From Basidiobolus meristosporus CBS 931.73 (Eukaryota > Fungi > Basidiobolomycota), in contig MCFE01000744.1 in the NCBI GenBank assembly GCA_002104905.1, forward strand, positions 1-40,241: a stretch of DNA of 40,241 nucleotides. The letters are read 5' to 3'. Positions 35,343 through 40,241 of the stretch are shown one piece after another. Each line of letters starts with the position of its first letter. Position 1 is the stretch's first letter. Both the position numbers and the translations under genes were made by a program. Below the pieces are notes generated by a model. It was not told the origin of the DNA. It worked only from the letters and a program-made list of their open reading frames with translations, and did no database searches.

Positions 35343-36137
35343 ATGCCACCAAAAAATAAAGCAAAGTTGTCTGGTTCTCAACCAAACCCCACTGCTGATG
35401 GCAACAGAAGAATGGTTGGACAACAGCTTGCTTTGACATACAGTGCAACAAGCAGGGCTACATCCTAAAAAGGCCCTGTGTACAGTGTGCCCATTGAAGG
35501 AAATAATGCAGACTCCTCAGGCTCTCAGTCAAGTAGGCAATTGAGAACCTCTGCAGAGCCACAAGCTGACCGTTGTGCTCAGGCAGATGAGAATGTAGCA
35601 AACACAGTACCCTCAGTTGAAGATCAGCAAGTGGCCATGATAACATCACCACCACGCATATTAGCAAGTATGTTGTCAGCTCATACTGAAGCATTAATGA
35701 AGCAATTAGGTGTAGTGGCTGATAGGATAGGTGCAATGGCCCAGAGAAATCAGGCAGTAGTCCAGAAACAGGATGAGCAGATAATACATGTAGAGTAATT
35801 AATACCCCAGGTAGAGAAAGCAGTATCTTTGCTGCAATGAAGGAACTCAAGTAGCTCAGTGTCACAGCTAAGAATTGAGCCATTTCCTGATGTAACAGCA
35901 GAGGAACACTGTACAGTCTTTGAAGTACAACAACAGTGCCCAAAGTTAAAGCCCACAGAAAAACCTATTACAGTGTGGGAGGGAGACAATGTGGTGTTTA
36001 TACCAAAGTCTCAAAATAAAAAGACATTGAAGATCCTTGAAGCCGTTGAGTGCAATAATGAAGAGTGGGCTAATATACAAGTGGCCATCAGAAGTCTAGC
36101 ACACCATTACCTTAAGGCTGGCATACCATGGGACCAT
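35343..36137 (+). pseudogene. Accessory gene copy 2, N-terminal 265 codons
   Basis: One frame from MPPKNKAKLSGSQPNP to WANIQVAIRSLAHHYLKAGIPWDH, with only three stops (TAA, TAA, TGA, explainable as C>T from CAA/CGA). Cut by the G2 LTR. Confidence 0.8.
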
Positions 36138-37208
36138 TGTGGTGGTGTATAAGTCCAAGGGAGAGATACGTCCAACACTTCTCAAGTGTTTTGTGTGTGG
36201 GGTGTTCACTGGGTGCAATAACCTCTGGCAAAAGCTTGCTAGGAATACTTGGGTTCTGTCTCTAATCTAATGTGAAGGGGAATAAAGCCACAAGCTTGTC
36301 AAGGGAAAACTATTGAGCTACAATCCCCAACTTAGTTGGCGTCTTAACAAAAGTATGTGCTGGGTTCAGCGTCCTTTGAGATGACAATGTACTAAAGCTT
36401 CCAAAGTCAAAACAACTGTAAACTCCACCAGGAGGGACTTGATAAGAATGCAGCTTTGGTCAATAGTTACAAAGACAGAAAAGTATCTTTGCCTGTACAA
36501 GAACAAACTTGGGAAAGAATCAAATATAATAAAAGATACCTACTCTGAGTATTCCTCACAAGTAGTGCCTCCAAGGTCAGTTGGCTGTCAGCACAGTTTC
36601 CTGGGAGTGTCCTGTGGTCTGGGGTTGGAAGTTCAGGTAGCAGCAGGTAGCAGTGATCACACTAATCAACAAGTTGGTATATTGATAAAAGGGATGATGA
36701 TTTATTGTTGAGGGATAGCCTCCCTTATATACTTTTCTTACTGGCTAAGTGATTACTAATCATGGTGTTCCAGAAGGTTCCGGATATCAATAGAAATCTT
36801 AATGACATCAGAATGACTTAAGTATGTTCTAAGTAGGTGCCGGAAGGTTCTAAGAGGCACAGCACATCCAACCAATCAGGAATCAGTATTCTGAAACCTG
36901 TGTAACATGGGGATACCATATATGGTATGGAAATGGTAGGGATGGTGACACGGGTTGATCATGTGTCACGGGTACTGGCGCGGGTACTTGCCTAATATAG
37001 AAGCACTTGAACTAGTAATCTTACATAAAGTGAGGGGTAACTTATGCAATAAGGTAAGCAGGTGTGATAGTCAACCGGCTTATGGGATAGTACTGATTGG
37101 GTAAGACAAAATGGGATAAAACTAAAATGAGTGTAGTAGGGATATAGGGAAGTAGAAAATAAGGGAATGAGCACATCTGTCAGTGGGTGTCACTGTCACC
37201 CCACTACA
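36138..37208 (-). repeat. G2 3' LTR (1071 bp)
   Basis: Reads TGTAGTG...CACCACA on the minus strand. TATATAAG near 36724-36731. Sister of 24760-25830. Confidence 0.95.
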
Positions 37209-37223
37209 TCCACCCCCCCTCTC
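37209..37223 (-). promoter_or_regulatory. G2 polypurine tract
   Basis: GAGAGGGGGGGTGGA directly before the LTR TG. Confidence 0.9.
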
Positions 37224-37248
37224 AGCTTTGAACTTGGGTCAAAGCAAA

Positions 37249-40241
37249 CTAATCTTGATGTGCAAAATTCCTATGCTTGAATAACTTAAGTCAATTTCCA
37301 GCAACTGGTGCTCTCAACTGGGTGTTGTCAAGCTCAGATATGTAATAACTTCCATTTCCAATCACTTTGGAAATGAGGTAGGGGCCAGTCCATTTGTTGT
37401 CAAACTTCCGACTCCATTGCTTGTCCAAAGCAGAATCATAGAGTAATACTGGGTCTCCTAGTGATAGTGGTTTTGGCCTTGTTGGGTGTGATTTGTCAAA
37501 GGGCACCTTGTTCTTTAGTCGTGTGTCCTTAAGTTGTTCAGCAGCTCTGCTAATATTCAAGTCATGGTGATCAAGTTGCTGTATGCGAGTTGCAAGGAGG
37601 TCTTCAGTCTGCATATTGGATCTCCAATTCAATGAGTTCCAAGTGACTGTGTTTAACTCAACTGGTAGTATGCAGTCATGTCCATAGAGTAGCTTGAATG
37701 GCGATAATCCAGTTGTTCTCTTGGTAGTAATTCTATCTGCCCAGAGTGCAAGATGTAATTGCTGTGGCCACAGTGTTGTGTTATTCTCACAGGCCTTGAC
37801 AAGAGAGTTCACCAATGGTCCATGTCCTCTCTCTATCATTCCATTGGCTTGAGGGTGGTAAGCTGTTGTGAAAGCTATGTGTATCTTGTACTTTGAGCAC
37901 AACTCCTGGATCATTTGGGATGTCATCTCTCCTCTGTCAGCAACAAACTGTCGGATGCAGCCAAATCTGCAGATGATGTCTTCAAGTATAAATCTCCATA
38001 TGGTATGGCTCTTGTTGTTGGGCAAGGCTCAAGCCTCTGCCCATCCACTAAGGTCATCTCTAGCAACAATCAGGTACTTTTTTGATCCAGCTGTTGGCAT
38101 GTGGACAAGGTCAATACCAACCTTTTGCCATAGACAGATTGTGTAAGTAGGATGCAGTGGTTCTTCATAACGCTTGGAGGATCTCTTCTGGCAGGCTACA
38201 CATGACTCAACAAAGTGCTGGATATCATAGTACATGTTTTCCCAGTAGTACCTCTGAGCTGTGGTATTGTATGTGGCTTCTTGTCCTCTATGTCCTCCTG
38301 GTTCTCCTTGGTGGATACTTGTCATGATGTTCAGTTGCTCTTGAGGGGTGGTGACTACTCTTCTTGGCATAAGTCCAGGCTTCACTCGCTTAAAGAGAAG
38401 ATCATCTTTAAGATAGTAGTGGTGTGCCTTCTTCCTGAGTTTTCTAAACTCCTGAATATCCATCCAACTAGGTTTCTTAAGTGTCCTTAGATATTCCTTG
38501 ATCAGACTCCAGGTAGTTCTCTCTTGGTCTTTGATGGCAATCTGTCGGATCTCTGCATCAATAATATCATCAAAGTGAGGGTCCAAGTCTTCAAATAATT
38601 GTGGTCCCTTCCTGGAGAGTGCATCAGCCACAACATTTGTCTTGCCAGGGATATGTTTGACCTCAAAGTCAAACATTTTCAGCCATGCCATCCATCGGTT
38701 TGTGGCATCATCAGGTAGGTCAGGCTTGTTGATCATTCCTATAAGTGGCTTGGCATCTGTCTCCAGGATAAAATGTGTCATGTAGAGTTGTGACTTCAGT
38801 TTCCTCAGCATCTTCACAACTCCTAGTAGTTCTCTCTTAATCTGTGAGTATCTTTGTTCTCTAGGAGAGAATAGGCAGCTCTCATATCTGCAGGCATAGC
38901 GGTTGCCATCTTCATCATCTTGTCCAAGTAGTGCTCCAGCTCCTATGGGGCTTGCATCCACTGTCAAAATAGGTGGGCATTCAGTGTTTTGATAGTCAAG
39001 AGGTCTTAGAACTGGTGGAGATACTAAGGCCGCTTTCAGTAATTGCATGGCTTCTTCTTGCTCTTCTCCCCAGATGAATGGGGTGTTCTTTCTCTGTAGT
39101 TGGTAAATTGGTTCTGCTATCTCGGAAAATCTTGGGATCCAGATCCTAAAGAACCCACAAGCTGCCACAAAGCCACGAGCTTGCGTTAGATTTGTGGGGG
39201 TAGGCCAGTTGCATATCTTTTGTGTCTTGGAGTCTCCAGGTGAGCGACCAAAGGTGTTGCATTTTTGTCCAACAATGGATATCTCTGATACACCAAAGCT
39301 GCTTTTCTCACCACTGATGGTGAGTCCAGCTTCTTCAATGGCTCCTAATATGGCATCATTGTCTGCAATATGGTCATAGACAAACTTTCTTACTCCAGGC
39401 ATAACTTCAGTGGTGTCCCGGAATTTTGATCCTTTGATGCCTATGTCATCCACAAAGACAGCAAGTTTCTCAGGTATAAACTGGTATAACACATTCACCA
39501 TGCATCTCTGGAACTGAGCCACGGAGTTTGTAGCCCCTTGGCTGAGTCTTGTCATCCTTAATAGTCCAAATGGTGTCTGTAGTGCAAACATATCTCTTGA
39601 TGTCTCATCAAGGGGAATCTGGTCATATCCTGAGTAGAGATCATATGTTGAGTAGATGGAGTGGCCACTAAAGCTTTCTGCAAAGTCATCAATAGATGGA
39701 GGTATAGCAGCATCTCTGATAGTGACAGCGTTTGCAGGTTGCATGTCTTGAATGAATCAGAGCTTTCCATTCTTCTTTTTGGTCACAAACCATCTGTTAG
39801 CATAGGGTCCATGGCAAGGTTCTAGGATACCAGCTTCTATCTTCTTCTTAAGTAGGTCATGCACATCAGCTTGGAGTCCTCTGGGCAGTGGGTAAGGCTT
39901 AAATGACCAGGGTGTGTGGGGCACTGTATGAATCTTGATGGGTTTTTCAACCGATGTCTTTAAGAGTCCCATCTCCTTGTCATTATATGAGAAGACCTTA
40001 TCATGCCTCTTCAAGGTCTCCTTAAATAATAGTATCTCCTCTGGTGTAAGGTTTCCATCACCAACGATAAGTTGCTTAAGTCTCTCAGGTGTAAGTTGTG
40101 TATCATCTGGTGTTTCTTCTGGTGGTCTAATGTAATCAGCAGGTCGGGATCCATCAGTCAAAGGTGTAAGTGATGGTCTAATCTTCTGTTCTACTGTCTT
40201 GTATTTTGTTCGAACCATAGCTGTTTGCTCCTGTATACCTA
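37249..40241 (-). pseudogene. pol: G2 pol (RT, RNase H, H2C2 zinc finger, integrase) in a single frame with three in-frame TGA stops
   Basis: YSTYDLYSGYDQ, LSQGATNS, AVFVDDIG, LTVDAS, ETDAKPL, ADALSR, HQGEPGGHRG..CVACQ, GIDL, ADRGE, NGMIERGH, KWTGPY. Stops at 39757, 38029 and 37291 are all in frame with the true TAG at 37249. Confidence 0.96.

Larger units (their letters stand above)
31974..36137. mobile_element. CMC/CACTA-like transposon copy 2, from the putative left terminus to the G2 insertion
   Basis: Starts CACAG (fits the CMCWR terminal consensus) 2 nt after homology to the accessory gene breaks. Has subterminal repeats, a transposase (-) and an accessory gene (+). Confidence 0.7.
36138..40241 (-). 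mobile_element. Ty3/gypsy family G2, young element; 3' LTR and pol, with the rest beyond the window end
   Basis: RT-RH-INT order, PPT, 1071-bp LTR. No chromodomain. Confidence 0.97.

Noticed and set aside
33506-36000. Overlapping antisense ORFs in the track (e.g. 33559-34002, 35458-35943; also 22447-22761, 37868-38490)
   Set aside because: They are shadows of real coding frames on the other strand and carry no motifs of their own.
1-40241. Classical ascomycete RIP as the sole mutational process
   Set aside because: CpG loss dominates, TG and CA remain abundant rather than TA, and the LTR pair shows many transversions.
1-40241. Host protein genes, rRNA, tRNA, CRISPR arrays or prokaryotic systems
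   Set aside because: None recognised. All long repeats are explained as LTRs or paralogous transposon copies.

Overview
AT-rich eukaryotic nuclear DNA, most likely fungal; an early-diverging lineage is my guess from the cox3 sequence and the transposon motifs. The window consists almost entirely of nested, decayed transposons, and I found no intact host gene, RNA gene or CRISPR array. Contents: (1) three copies of a CMC/CACTA (EnSpm, Transposase_21-like) DNA transposon. In two copies a DDE transposase with a conserved 59-nt intron sits head-to-head with a large uncharacterised accessory gene; the third copy shows only that accessory gene. (2) An older Ty3/gypsy family (G1, 370-bp LTR): three internal copies and a solo LTR. 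(3) A Ty1/copia family (368-bp LTR, half-tRNA-type PBS): five copies and a solo LTR, twice nested into itself. (4) A young Ty3/gypsy family (G2, 1071-bp LTR, 4-bp TSD) whose pol is broken only by three TGA stops at inferred CGA (Arg) codons. (5) Two solo LTRs of a fourth family. (6) A 187-bp MITE inside a gypsy integrase. (7) A young mitochondrial cox3 insertion (NUMT) with a GC cluster, lying exactly at the junction of two oppositely oriented, 5'-truncated retrotransposon stacks. CpG is strongly depleted, least so in the youngest insertions. All alignments and counts were done by eye and are approximate. Family names come from recognised motifs, not database searches.
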